Under the pieces are notes generated by a model, which ran no database searches, was not told the origin of the DNA, and was given only the letters and a program-made list of their open reading frames with translations. DNA of 64,000 nt, taken from the NCBI GenBank assembly GCA_963676795.2, contig CAXXTB010000002.1, forward strand, positions 1,696,001-1,760,000, given 5' to 3'. The DNA comes from Geopsychrobacteraceae bacterium. GTDB lineage: Bacteria; Desulfobacterota; Desulfuromonadia; Desulfuromonadales; Geopsychrobacteraceae. Positions 1 through 9,417 of this stretch are shown one piece after another (positions within the stretch are counted from its first letter, which is position 1; each line of letters starts with the position of its first letter). Position numbers and translations under genes: made by a program.

Positions 1-438
1 CCAGGTCATTCAGATGATCAGAAGATCTTCGAGAGGCTGCTCACCTACAGTCTTCTTGAAAATGCAGATTTTGCCCAGGCAACCTTCCATAAATATGAAA
101 CCGACCTGCTGCCGATATGGAATGCCTGCTACGAAAAAGCCTATGAAGCTGGTGACCTGCATGAACAACTGGTCTTCCCAGGCAATAAACTCTGGTTCAC
201 CCACCATCTGGCAATGGCCATCCGCATTCTGCACATGGCCGGAGTCAAGCTGTTCAATTACGCCGGAGATGAGAGTTCCCTGATCGATTCGATGGTGACC
301 TATGTACTTCGTGGCACCGGACTAACCGATGAAGCTGTCAAGAAGTATGCTCACTCAGAAGCCCTCAACAACCTACTGAACGAAATCTTTGGCCCCAAAG
401 AGCCGACTGAAAAAAATATACGCTTCCTGCGCTATTAA
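1..438 (+). CDS. 3' part of a gene entering from upstream; possibly the C-terminal domain of a TetR/AcrR-type regulator
   Basis: Frame 1 is open from base 1 to TAA at 436-438 (PGHSDDQKIFERLLTYSLLEN...VTYVLRGTGL...RFLRY). It looks helical and TetR-C-like, but no HTH is in view. Confidence 0.45.
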   Translation, partial: PGHSDDQKIFERLLTYSLLENADFAQATFHKYETDLLPIWNACYEKAYEAGDLHEQLVFPGNKLWFTHHLAMAIRILHMAGVKLFNYAGDESSLIDSMVTYVLRGTGLTDEAVKKYAHSEALNNLLNEIFGPKEPTEKNIRFLRY

Positions 439-469
439 TTCTCCGGCAGCTTCATATAGTTTTATGCCC

Positions 470-508
470 AAAAGCCGCAAGACAAACTACGAAGTCTTAC
501 GGCTTTTT
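470..508 (+). terminator. Rho-independent terminator
   Basis: AAAGCCGCAAGAC...GTCTTACGGCTTTTT hairpin with T-tract after the first CDS. Confidence 0.7.
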
Positions 509-812
509 GTTATTCCTTTCATACCCTGCAGAGACTCATCACAGCCCCTCATCCATAAACTTCGCCAATCTCCTGAAGCACTCCAAGTCTTGAAGTATAC
601 TTGTATCAAAATCTGCATGAGTCTCTAATTTTTCCAAACCAGACCCACCACACCACACAACGACTCCTGACGCATAAGATCATTTTCACTACCCATATTG
701 CGAAATTATACGCACCCATTTCCCTACTTCTTTTATCGGCTAAGTCACATTAAATCAATACGATATCCTTCAAAATTTTTTTCTTGATTTTTAAAATGAA
801 CACATGTTTACT

Positions 813-870
813 TTGCTGAACGTTCACTCAGTTAAGAGAACGTTCGCTTATGTCGCACAACGTTTACTTA
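813..870. promoter_or_regulatory. Three tandem palindromic operator-like sites, 20-bp period (consensus about TAAGTGAACGTTCACTTA)
   Basis: 813 TTGCTGAACGTTCACTCA; 833 TAAGAGAACGTTCGCTTA; 853 TCGCACAACGTTTACTTA; motif recurs at 6785. Confidence 0.65.
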
Positions 871-968
871 AGACTTGTGTTCGCTACCCGGATACGATTG
901 AATTTCGTTTTCGTCACTTACCCCTGGAATGAACGGCCATGGAATATGGCTGAAAGAAAGGAGAAACG

Positions 969-1598
969 ATGGACAAGCAAACCCTGATTGATGCAATTGC
1001 CGACCTGGATGATGAGGTCGCAATCGAACAAGTCAAAAGCATGATCGAAGCTGGCGTCTCTGGAGTTGAAATTCTCGAGTACTGCCAGGCTGCGATGGAA
1101 GAAGTCGGTAATCGCTATACCCGCGAGGAATACTATGTATCCGACCTTATGATGTCCGGTGAAATCTTCACCGACATCTGCGCCATCCTGGAAGAAGCAT
1201 TTCCGGCGGCCGAAGGTTCTACCAAGGCAGGAACCATTGTCATGGGCACCGTCAAAGGCGATATCCACGATATCGGCAAAGATATCGTTGTCAATATGCT
1301 CAGAGCTGCAAACTTTGAAGTCATCGATCTTGGCGTCGATGTTCCACCACAGAAGTTTATCGATGCTGTCAGGGAATCTGGTGCCACGATCGTTGGCATG
1401 TCAGGTCTGCTCACCCTCGCCTTCGACTCCATGAAAGAAACAATTGAGCTCCTGAAGCAGGAAGGTCTGCGTGAAAGTGTCAAGGTCATGATCGGAGGAG
1501 GTCCGGTCGATGCCAATGTCTGCAATCTGGTTGGTGCTGACGACTGGTCGACCAACGCACAGAAGCCTGTTGAATTTGCCAAGAAATGGGCTGCTTAA
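969..1598 (+). CDS. Corrinoid (B12-binding) methyl-carrier protein, MtaC/MtvC-like
   Basis: Cap domain plus GDIHDIGK (DxHxxG), SGLLT and GGG motifs; AGGAGA RBS. Confidence 0.93.
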   Translation: MDKQTLIDAIADLDDEVAIEQVKSMIEAGVSGVEILEYCQAAMEEVGNRYTREEYYVSDLMMSGEIFTDICAILEEAFPAAEGSTKAGTIVMGTVKGDIHDIGKDIVVNMLRAANFEVIDLGVDVPPQKFIDAVRESGATIVGMSGLLTLAFDSMKETIELLKQEGLRESVKVMIGGGPVDANVCNLVGADDWSTNAQKPVEFAKKWAA

Positions 1599-1622
1599 GC
1601 GCCTGTCACCGAGGAGGTCCAA

Positions 1623-2762
1623 ATGTCTAAAAACAAAGAACAGCTTTATGCTGAACGCGCTCAGCGCATTCAACAGGCCATCAAATTTGAAAAGAATGAT
1701 CGTGTCCCCTTCCTGTTTTCCGGTCCAGGCTATGCTCCGAAATCTCAGGGGCTGTCCCAGGCCCAATTCTGCTGCAACCCGGATGCAGCCCTGAAGGCAT
1801 CGCTTGATGCGATGGATGCACTCAATGCTGTAGCAGAGGTCGATGGCATCAACACGACCCAGGCTGGCTGCTTCCCCTGCCTGCTCACCGAGCAGTTCTG
1901 GAGCAAGGTATCGGTTCCAGGCTATGAGCTGCCGGAAGATGAGCTCTATCAGGTCAAAGAAGAAGAAATCATGAAGGTCGAAGATTATGATTTCATCATC
2001 GAAAACGGCTGGGAGGCCTTTGTTGAGAAAATCCGTCCACAGATTCACAACCAGGAGCTCTGGACCATTCACCAGGAATGGATGCAGAAAAACGTACCGA
2101 CCCTCAAGCAGCGCTATCAGGAACGCGGTTACTACGCGGTCTGCTGTGCCGTCACCGAACATCCCTTCGAAGCGGTCTCAGGTGGTCGCTCAATGAGCAA
2201 ATTTTTCCGCGACTGCTACAAGATGCCGGAAAAAGTCAAAAAAGTTCTTGAGATGGGCATGGACTACTGGGTCAACATCGGCACCCAGATCCCTGAAATC
2301 ACCGGTATCCCGGGTGTCTGGGCCGGTGGATGGCGCATTGCCCCATCGTTCTGCAATCCCAAACTGTTCAACGAGTTCGCCTGGCCTCTTTACAAGCAAC
2401 TGATCGAGCGGGTTTCAGCTGCCGGAGTCACCTGCGTGCTTCACGTTGACGCCAACTGGGATCGTGAAATTCATCGTTTCCTCGAATTCCCGAAACACAG
2501 CTGTATCGTTTCAACCGATGGTCAGACCGACATCCGCAAGGCCCGCGAAAAAATTGGCGATCATCTTGCCTTCATGGGCGATGTCCCGGCCTCAGTTCTC
2601 GCCATGGGCACTCCGCAAGACGTCCGCAACTATGTCAAAAACCTGATCAACGATCTGGGCAAAGACGGTCTGATCATGAATACCGGCTGCGATATGCCAT
2701 TTAACACGCCAAAAGCGAATGCTGAAGCATACGTCCTGGCAACGCACGAATTCGGGTCCTGA
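1623..2762 (+). CDS. UroD-fold corrinoid methyltransferase (probable substrate:corrinoid MT1)
   Basis: DRVP N-terminus, LHVD, GDVP and NTGCD motifs; follows a corrinoid protein gene. Confidence 0.8.
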   Translation: MSKNKEQLYAERAQRIQQAIKFEKNDRVPFLFSGPGYAPKSQGLSQAQFCCNPDAALKASLDAMDALNAVAEVDGINTTQAGCFPCLLTEQFWSKVSVPGYELPEDELYQVKEEEIMKVEDYDFIIENGWEAFVEKIRPQIHNQELWTIHQEWMQKNVPTLKQRYQERGYYAVCCAVTEHPFEAVSGGRSMSKFFRDCYKMPEKVKKVLEMGMDYWVNIGTQIPEITGIPGVWAGGWRIAPSFCNPKLFNEFAWPLYKQLIERVSAAGVTCVLHVDANWDREIHRFLEFPKHSCIVSTDGQTDIRKAREKIGDHLAFMGDVPASVLAMGTPQDVRNYVKNLINDLGKDGLIMNTGCDMPFNTPKANAEAYVLATHEFGS

Positions 2763-2781
2763 CCCGCTTTTATTGACATGA

Positions 2782-2809
2782 GCCCATTCCCCGCTTACGG
2801 GGAATGGGC
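2782..2809 (+). other. Perfect 12-bp intra-operon hairpin without T-tract
   Basis: GCCCATTCCCCG-CTTA-CGGGGAATGGGC. Confidence 0.7.
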
Positions 2810-2843
2810 ATGCAAAACACATGGCACGAAAAGGACTTCAATA

Positions 2844-3848
2844 ATGAACGTTTCAGAATTCACACAACAGATTCTCAACAACCCCAAAGTTCAAGCCTTG
2901 CCGGTTATGACCTACCCGGGCCTCGATCTGACCGGGATCAAACTGCATGACGTCGTGACCAAGGCTGAGCCCCAGGCAGAAATGATTTCAGCGCTGGCTA
3001 AAAAATACAAGGCCCTCGGCTCGGTCACCCTGATGGATCTGTCAGTTGAAGCCGAAGCTTTTGGCGCCAAGATCATCTTCCCGGAAGACGAGATCCCTGC
3101 GGCAATTGGCGCCCTGGTCACCGACCTTGAATCAGCAGAAGCCCTCTGCGTTCCCAAAGTCGTAGGAACCCGGTGTGCAGAATATGTCAAAGGGATGCAA
3201 CTGGCCAAAGAGGCGGTTCCAGATCGTCCCGTTTTTGGCGGCTGTATCGGTTCTTTCTCACTGGCCGGGCGCCTGCTCGACATCAACAAGGCCCTGATGG
3301 CGACGCGGCGGCGCCCTGAGGTTGTCCATGCCGTACTTAAAAAAGCCAATGAATTCCTGAAAGTCTACATAGGGGCGATCAAGGAAACGGGGATAGCCGG
3401 TGTCGTCATGGCCGAACCGTTGGCCGGGTTGCTCTCACCAGCCAGCATCGAAGAATTTTCAACACCTTACGTCACCGAGCTGGTTGAAGAATTCCAGGAT
3501 GAAAATTTCGGCATCATCCTTCACAACTGCGGAAACACCGTCAAGCAGATCGAATCGATGCTGAAAACCGGCGCCTTTATGCTGCATATCGGCAACATCG
3601 TCAAAATGACCGATATCATGCCCCAGGTTCCAAAGCATATCCTGGTTGCCGGCAACATCGACCCTGCCGGCCTGTTTAATGTCGGAACTCCGGATATGGT
3701 TGGTGAAGCAACGGCTAAACTGCTCGATGAAATGAAGGATTACCCAAACTTCATTCTGTCATCCGGCTGCGACATTCCACCGAAATCTCCCATTGAGAAC
3801 ATCGATCGTTTTTTTGCTGAGCTGGATAAATTCAACGCGGATCGGTAA
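2844..3848 (+). CDS. MtaA/MtbA/CmuA-family methylcobamide:thiol (CoM-type) methyltransferase
   Basis: DLSVEAEAFG motif, Zn-binding H-x-C (ILHNCG), GNIDP and distal Cys (SSGCDIP); start taken at ATG 2844 after AAAGGA. Confidence 0.85.
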   Translation: MNVSEFTQQILNNPKVQALPVMTYPGLDLTGIKLHDVVTKAEPQAEMISALAKKYKALGSVTLMDLSVEAEAFGAKIIFPEDEIPAAIGALVTDLESAEALCVPKVVGTRCAEYVKGMQLAKEAVPDRPVFGGCIGSFSLAGRLLDINKALMATRRRPEVVHAVLKKANEFLKVYIGAIKETGIAGVVMAEPLAGLLSPASIEEFSTPYVTELVEEFQDENFGIILHNCGNTVKQIESMLKTGAFMLHIGNIVKMTDIMPQVPKHILVAGNIDPAGLFNVGTPDMVGEATAKLLDEMKDYPNFILSSGCDIPPKSPIENIDRFFAELDKFNADR

Positions 3849-5510
3849 ATGAGCGACAAAGAACTCATAACCTTCTTACCGTCCGGGATCAGTGTAGAAA
3901 CCGATCCCGGTCGCACACTGATGGCCCTGGCCAGAGACAACGGACTGTGGCTTGAGTCAGCCTGTGGCGGATCAGGACGCTGTCGATCCTGTCTGGTCAA
4001 GGTCTGCGGTGATGACGCACCTGAGCCATCCGCCAGTGAAAAGCGCGACTTAAGCGAAGAAGAACTGCAGCAGGGCTGGAGAAGATCTTGCTCAACGATA
4101 ATGACCCGCGCCTGCACCGTGCTACTGCCATGCCACAACCAAAACCCGGAAAAGAGCCATCAGGAGCAGTCGCCCTCAGACCTGACCGCCATCATGGACC
4201 AACTAGTCTCATGGGACCAGCAGCTGCAAGGCTGGGTGGATGTCAGTGGCCGGGTCTATTCGAATAAAAAGTCAGCACCGCTAGGAATCGCCCTTGATCT
4301 GGGAACGACCAATCTGTCGATGATGTTGATAGACCTTGCCACAGGCATGATCATCGGCAAGTCAGGGCTAACCAACCCGCAGGTCTATTACGGCGCCGAT
4401 GTCATCAGCCGTATGGACTTTGCCAAGAGTCATGAGGATGGCATCTTTCAGCTACAGGATGCCGTAGTCAGTGCAATCGACAAAATGGCCAGAGCTCTGG
4501 CTGGTGATCGCCAGGAGGATATCTGCGCCATTGCCGTGGCTGGCAATACGGTCATGCACCATCTGCTTCATGGTTTGTCGATCGAAAAACTCGCCTGCGC
4601 TCCCTACACTCCCGAGGTGACTCGCTCACTGGAAATTCCGGCAGAAAAGCTCGGGCTTCATTTTGCTCCTGACGCAACTATCTACACACCGCCAAATGTC
4701 GCCGGCTTTGTCGGTGGCGATCACATAGCGGCCCTGTGCGATGTCATGTCAAAGACCCGCGAATCTTGCTGGGCGATGATCGACATCGGCACCAACAGTG
4801 AAATCGCCCTTTATCTCGATGGCAAGATTTACAGTGCGTCCTGCGCCTCTGGTCCAGCTCTCGAAGGGGGCCATATCAGCTGCGGCATGCGGGCGAAGGC
4901 TGGAGCCATTGAGCATGTCCTGCTGCAGGATGAATCCCTGTCACTGTCAACAATCGATGACCAGCGGCCTATTGGCCTGTGCGGTTCAGGGATCATCTCG
5001 ATAACAGCCAATCTCAGTCGCAACGGTCTGATTGACAAAAGAGGCCGGCTGCAACTGAAATCAGCCCATATTCGTGAAACGGCAAGCAGTCGCGAATTTG
5101 TCCTCTATGACCAGCAACAAGAATCCCTGCCCGTGGTGTTCTCTCAGCGAGATGTCAGAGCTGTGCAACTGGCGAAAGGAGCCATTATGACAGGACTGAG
5201 TCTACTGCTGGAGAAAGCCGGAATTGAAACTGGACAACTCGATGCACTCTATATCGCCGGAACATTTGGCGTATTTATCGATCTGGACGAAGCGATAGAC
5301 ATCGGCATGCTGCCCGACATGGAACACTCAAAGATTCACCAGATAGGCAACGCAGCGCAGCACGGTATTGCCCGCCTGCTTACCAGCCACCTCCTGCGTA
5401 AAGGCTTCGAAACCCTGTCGCAGAACATTGAATATGTCGAACTGGCCTCACAGCCCGGATTTCAGAAAACCTTTATTCGCTGCAATCAATTTCAACCAGG
5501 TGCGCAATGA
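3849..5510 (+). CDS. ATP-dependent corrinoid reductive activator (2Fe-2S plus ASKHA, RACo/RamA/DUF4445-like)
   Basis: CGGSGRCRSC ferredoxin motif, DLGTT, NPQxxYGADVISR, DIGTN, ASGPALEG, QLAKGA, AGTFG, GNAA. Confidence 0.92.
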   Translation: MSDKELITFLPSGISVETDPGRTLMALARDNGLWLESACGGSGRCRSCLVKVCGDDAPEPSASEKRDLSEEELQQGWRRSCSTIMTRACTVLLPCHNQNPEKSHQEQSPSDLTAIMDQLVSWDQQLQGWVDVSGRVYSNKKSAPLGIALDLGTTNLSMMLIDLATGMIIGKSGLTNPQVYYGADVISRMDFAKSHEDGIFQLQDAVVSAIDKMARALAGDRQEDICAIAVAGNTVMHHLLHGLSIEKLACAPYTPEVTRSLEIPAEKLGLHFAPDATIYTPPNVAGFVGGDHIAALCDVMSKTRESCWAMIDIGTNSEIALYLDGKIYSASCASGPALEGGHISCGMRAKAGAIEHVLLQDESLSLSTIDDQRPIGLCGSGIISITANLSRNGLIDKRGRLQLKSAHIRETASSREFVLYDQQQESLPVVFSQRDVRAVQLAKGAIMTGLSLLLEKAGIETGQLDALYIAGTFGVFIDLDEAIDIGMLPDMEHSKIHQIGNAAQHGIARLLTSHLLRKGFETLSQNIEYVELASQPGFQKTFIRCNQFQPGAQ

Positions 5511-5671
5511 ACAACAGATCATCAAACATCATTGCCAGCATGGTACTGGAGCATTTTTTCGGCGTCATGATGCCAGAACGCATGAAACGCAACATGGTGG
5601 TAACTGAACCCGCAGAACCGATTTCACTGAAACGAATCTTAGCAACTCAGAAAGGGACAGGGCTTAACTGA
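5507..5671 (+). CDS. Small 54-aa hypothetical protein not in the ORF track
   Basis: MNNRSSNIIASMVLEHFFGVMMPERMKRNMVVTEPAEPISLKRILATQKGTGLN; ATGA overlap with the upstream stop and TGATG overlap with the downstream start. Confidence 0.5.
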   Translation: MNNRSSNIIASMVLEHFFGVMMPERMKRNMVVTEPAEPISLKRILATQKGTGLN

Positions 5672-6780
5672 TGTCATACTTCAGCGACAAAATTCCGGTC
5701 ACAATTATTACCGGCTTTCTTGGCAGTGGCAAAACGACACTGCTGAACAAACTCCTGAAAACCGGCCAGATGGAAAATTGTCTGGTGCTCATCAACGAAT
5801 ATGGTGACGTGGCCATTGATCATCTCATCACCCAACAGTTAACTGATGATGTCGTGCTCCTGGAGTCAGGCTGCGTCTGCTGCACCTTAAGAGGAGAATT
5901 TCAGGTTACGCTCCTGGACCTTTATGCCCAACGCGATGCAGAGGTGATACCTCCATTCGATCATATCATTATTGAGACAACTGGCCTGGCTGATCCTGCA
6001 CCTATCGCTCAGATTCTAATGACCGACAAACTGGTCATGGAGGAATTCTACCTGAACGGAGTGATCTGCCTGGTCGATTCTGTTCTTGGCCAGAAAACCA
6101 GCGACAGCAATGCTATCTGGCAAAAGCAGGTCCTGTTGGCAGACCTGCTGGTCCTCACCAAACAGGATCTGACTGATGACAAAAGCTCAGCAGTACTCAA
6201 ATCTCAGCTCAAAAAACTAAATTCCCACGCCAGACAATTACAGGCAGCTCAAATTTGTGGCCCAGAAGATCTTTATATCGCTTCCGAGCACCCCTCAACC
6301 TCACGCCAGCTGAGCCTGGGCTTTACAGATCTCCAGGGCCACAACCAGGATTTTGATAAAGCACGATGCACCGAGATTGAGCAGCCTGAAGACGACTACC
6401 ACTGCTCCCATGAACACCACCACGACTGTGACTGTCACCATAATCACGTACAGACCGGACACGACGCCGATATCAGCAGTCTGACAATTTACCCAGAGCA
6501 GGTAAATAGCGTCGAATCGCTGCTCGAAACCCTTGAAGACCTGGTCTTCGACACCGGGGACAACATCCTTCGAATCAAAGGGATTGTCAGAATTGAAGAC
6601 AATCCCAACCCTGTACTCGTTCACGGCGTTCAGAACATTTTTCATCCATTCGTAGAACTTGACGAATGGCCGGATAACGACCAGACGAACAGGCTCGTAT
6701 TCATCGGCCACAACCTGGACAGACAAATTATAGAAAAGAGCCTGTCGGTGTTCTCTTCAGCAGGGATCCATTTGGCCTGA
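5671..6780 (+). CDS. CobW/COG0523-family P-loop metallochaperone GTPase
   Basis: GFLGSGKT, GCVCC, ETTGLADP, His-rich linker HCSHEHHHDCDCHHNH, RIKG, LVFIG. Confidence 0.93.
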   Translation: MSYFSDKIPVTIITGFLGSGKTTLLNKLLKTGQMENCLVLINEYGDVAIDHLITQQLTDDVVLLESGCVCCTLRGEFQVTLLDLYAQRDAEVIPPFDHIIIETTGLADPAPIAQILMTDKLVMEEFYLNGVICLVDSVLGQKTSDSNAIWQKQVLLADLLVLTKQDLTDDKSSAVLKSQLKKLNSHARQLQAAQICGPEDLYIASEHPSTSRQLSLGFTDLQGHNQDFDKARCTEIEQPEDDYHCSHEHHHDCDCHHNHVQTGHDADISSLTIYPEQVNSVESLLETLEDLVFDTGDNILRIKGIVRIEDNPNPVLVHGVQNIFHPFVELDEWPDNDQTNRLVFIGHNLDRQIIEKSLSVFSSAGIHLA

Positions 6781-6784
6781 ATTT

Positions 6785-6822
6785 AAAATGAACGTTTACT
6801 TAAATGACTAAGTGTTCACTCT
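6785..6822. promoter_or_regulatory. Second locus of the TGAACGTT operator motif, upstream of the MFS gene
   Basis: AAAATGAACGTTTACTTA (6785-6802) and degenerate TGACTAAGTGTTCACTCT 20 bp later. Confidence 0.55.
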
Positions 6823-6944
6823 TATCGACAAAAGACTGAAAGGAGGAAACAGAGCTCAACAATCGGCATTTCTGTTCTGCCACGACATTTCAACGCATTA
6901 TTTTTATTCAACTAACAGATTTTGTTTAGAAAAGGAGAACCATT

Positions 6945-8219
6945 ATGGCTGGTGGCGTCGCCGCAGTTAAAAAGGACAATTCATCTTTACCGACACAGAA
7001 GTGGGACACAAAATACGAGTGGAAGGCCATTCTACTCTTAGCGCTGGCATTCGGATTCGTCGGTGTAGACCGCTTCATGATCATGCCGATCTTCCCGCTC
7101 ATGGCGGAAGAACTCGGCCTTGATTATGGGGCTATCGGCATCATTGGCGGTGCACTCTCTTTAGCATGGGGCCTGTCTTCGTTCTTTACCGGTGGCTTGG
7201 CTGACAAAGTCGGCCGTAAAAAAGTCATTATCCCTTCAATCATTGTTTTCAGTCTTCTGGCCGGTGTCAGTGGCCTGGCCCACAGCATGATCAGCCTGGT
7301 CATGATCCGTGCTTTGATCGGTGTTTCCGAAGGCGCATTTACTCCGGCGGGGATCATTGCAACTGTTGAAGCCTCTAAACCTTCCCGCCAGGGTCTCAAC
7401 ATCGGCTTGCAGCAGATGGCTATGCCACTTCTGGGGATGGGACTGGCTCCAATCTTTGTCGGCTGGCTGTTGAGCATGGGCCTGCACTGGCGCTGGGCTT
7501 TTGCTCTGGTTACCATCCCGGGCATTATCGTCGCCCTGTTCATGGCCAAGGTCCTGCGTGACGTTAAACCTCAGGAATTGGCAGCACATACAGCTGACCA
7601 CGACGTCAAAAAACACAAGTTTACCGATGTCTTCAAATACAAAAATGTTCCGCTGAATATTCTGATCGTCATGGGCTGGCTTGCCTGTGAAATCACCCTG
7701 GCAATCCTGCTGCCAAGCTACCTGATCGATGTTCTCGGTCTGACCAAAGGTCAGATGATTTTTGTCCTCACAGCATTCGGTTTTGGCGCAGCCCTGGGTA
7801 CCGTTGTTCTGCCTGGTGTATCCGACTTTATCGGCCGCAAAAAAATGGCACTTATTGGCGGCGTATTACTGTTGGTCTTCACCTACCTGTTGAAAACAGC
7901 CGGCCCTAACCCGGGTGCCCTCTTCGGAATCCTGTTCATGCTGACCTTCTTCAGCCAGGGACTGATCGGCCTGACTGTTGGTCCAATGGCAGCCGAGTCT
8001 GTACCACCAACCCTGATGGCTTCTTCTACCGGTGTCACCATCGGTATCGGTGAGATCTTCGGCGGCGGTTGTATCCCGATCATCGGCGGTTTCGTTGCCA
8101 AGAGCTTCGGCCTGCCAAGCATTTTCATCATCTGCCTGATTGGACCGGTAGTCGGCATTGTTCTTTCCTTGCTTGTCAAGGAGACTGCTCCAAGGATCTT
8201 GGCAAAAAAAGGCGCTTAA
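6945..8219 (+). CDS. MFS transporter
   Basis: GLADKVGRKK and SDFIGRKK loop motifs; about 12 hydrophobic segments. Confidence 0.92.
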   Translation: MAGGVAAVKKDNSSLPTQKWDTKYEWKAILLLALAFGFVGVDRFMIMPIFPLMAEELGLDYGAIGIIGGALSLAWGLSSFFTGGLADKVGRKKVIIPSIIVFSLLAGVSGLAHSMISLVMIRALIGVSEGAFTPAGIIATVEASKPSRQGLNIGLQQMAMPLLGMGLAPIFVGWLLSMGLHWRWAFALVTIPGIIVALFMAKVLRDVKPQELAAHTADHDVKKHKFTDVFKYKNVPLNILIVMGWLACEITLAILLPSYLIDVLGLTKGQMIFVLTAFGFGAALGTVVLPGVSDFIGRKKMALIGGVLLLVFTYLLKTAGPNPGALFGILFMLTFFSQGLIGLTVGPMAAESVPPTLMASSTGVTIGIGEIFGGGCIPIIGGFVAKSFGLPSIFIICLIGPVVGIVLSLLVKETAPRILAKKGA

Positions 8220-8238
8220 GCTGCCCTTAAGGCCCATC

Positions 8239-8267
8239 AAGGCGAGACAACTTAGCTGTCTCGCCTT
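8239..8267 (+). terminator. Hairpin, probable terminator after the MFS gene
   Basis: AAGGCGAGACA...TGTCTCGCCTT. Confidence 0.55.
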
Positions 8268-8529
8268 ACCTTACTCTGTCAGCATTTCATCTGCGAAGCC
8301 TTGGAAACAGTCGATGAAATACGATGGCAGATGAGACATTAGACAAGCGACAGGATGAATCATGTTTGGTACCGAAACGGTAATGCCGTTGAAAGAGATC
8401 AGTGAAAGCGGACAGGAAAAATTCAATGCTATTGAAAAGGTTCTTGCCATCCTGTCGTATTTCGCAAAAAACAACAAACCGATCGGCACAAGTTGAGGTC
8501 GGTCCGCAATAGTGGACACCATGTTATAG

Positions 8530-9417
8530 TCAGGCAGCCCCTTGCTGCCTGATGAATTTCTTCCAGTATGCCGCCGGGGAGAGATTGCCCAAGCTGGCAT
8601 GTCGTCTCTGCCGATTGTAGAACATCTCGATATACTCTCTGATCTCAATGACAGCTTGCTGCCGGGTGCGATACTTCCGGTGGTGGACCAGTTCCCGTTT
8701 GAGCGTGCCGAAGAAGCTCTCCATCGAGGCGTTGTCCCAGCAGTTCCCCTTGCGGCTCATCGACGGCTTCATCTCGAATTGCTTCATCAGCTTCTGGTAG
8801 CGGCGCGAGCAATACTGGCTGCCGCGATCCGAATGGTGGATCAACCCTTTCGGTGGCCGCCGGGCAGCAACGGCGCGGAAGAGGGCGCGGCCAACCAGGT
8901 CTTGCGTCATCCTATGGCTCATGGCGTAGCCGACGATTTCCCGGTTCCAGAGGTCCTTGATCGCCGCCAGGTAAAGCCAGCCTTCTTCGGTGGCGACATA
9001 GGTGATATCCGCCACCCAGGCCTTGTTCGGCCCTGATACTGCGAAATCCTGGTTCAGCAGATTCGGAGCAACCGGCAGCTTGTGGTTCGAGTCGGTGGTT
9101 GACTTGTACTTCTTAACCTGCTTGCATCGCAGGTCCATTTGGCGGCGCAGGCGCTTGATCCGGTTCAGCCCGACCTCGACCTTCTCGACGTCAAGCAGTT
9201 CATCCTGAATCTTCTCCGGCCCGTAGGCGCCTCGGCCCCGCTCATGGGCCGCCTTGATCGCCACTTTGAGTCGTTCGTCCTCCTGCTTGCGGGCTGACGG
9301 CTTGCGATTCTTCCAGGCATAGTAGCCGCTTTTCGATACGCCGAGTGTCCGGCACATCGGATCGACGGAGAAACCCTGCTCCTTGCGCAGCTCGTCGATC
9401 ATCGCGTACCTCCCCAC
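8530..9417 (-). CDS. IS3 transposase OrfB (DDE/rve integrase domain)
   Basis: WVADITY, HHSDRGSQY, GNCWDNASMESFFGTLKRE. Confidence 0.96.
   Translation of the reverse strand: MGRYAMIDELRKEQGFSVDPMCRTLGVSKSGYYAWKNRKPSARKQEDERLKVAIKAAHERGRGAYGPEKIQDELLDVEKVEVGLNRIKRLRRQMDLRCKQVKKYKSTTDSNHKLPVAPNLLNQDFAVSGPNKAWVADITYVATEEGWLYLAAIKDLWNREIVGYAMSHRMTQDLVGRALFRAVAARRPPKGLIHHSDRGSQYCSRRYQKLMKQFEMKPSMSRKGNCWDNASMESFFGTLKRELVHHRKYRTRQQAVIEIREYIEMFYNRQRRHASLGNLSPAAYWKKFIRQQGAA

Noticed and set aside
813..870. Regularly spaced repeats as a CRISPR array
   Set aside because: Only 20-bp period, degenerate palindromes, no unique spacers and no cas genes; fits operators.
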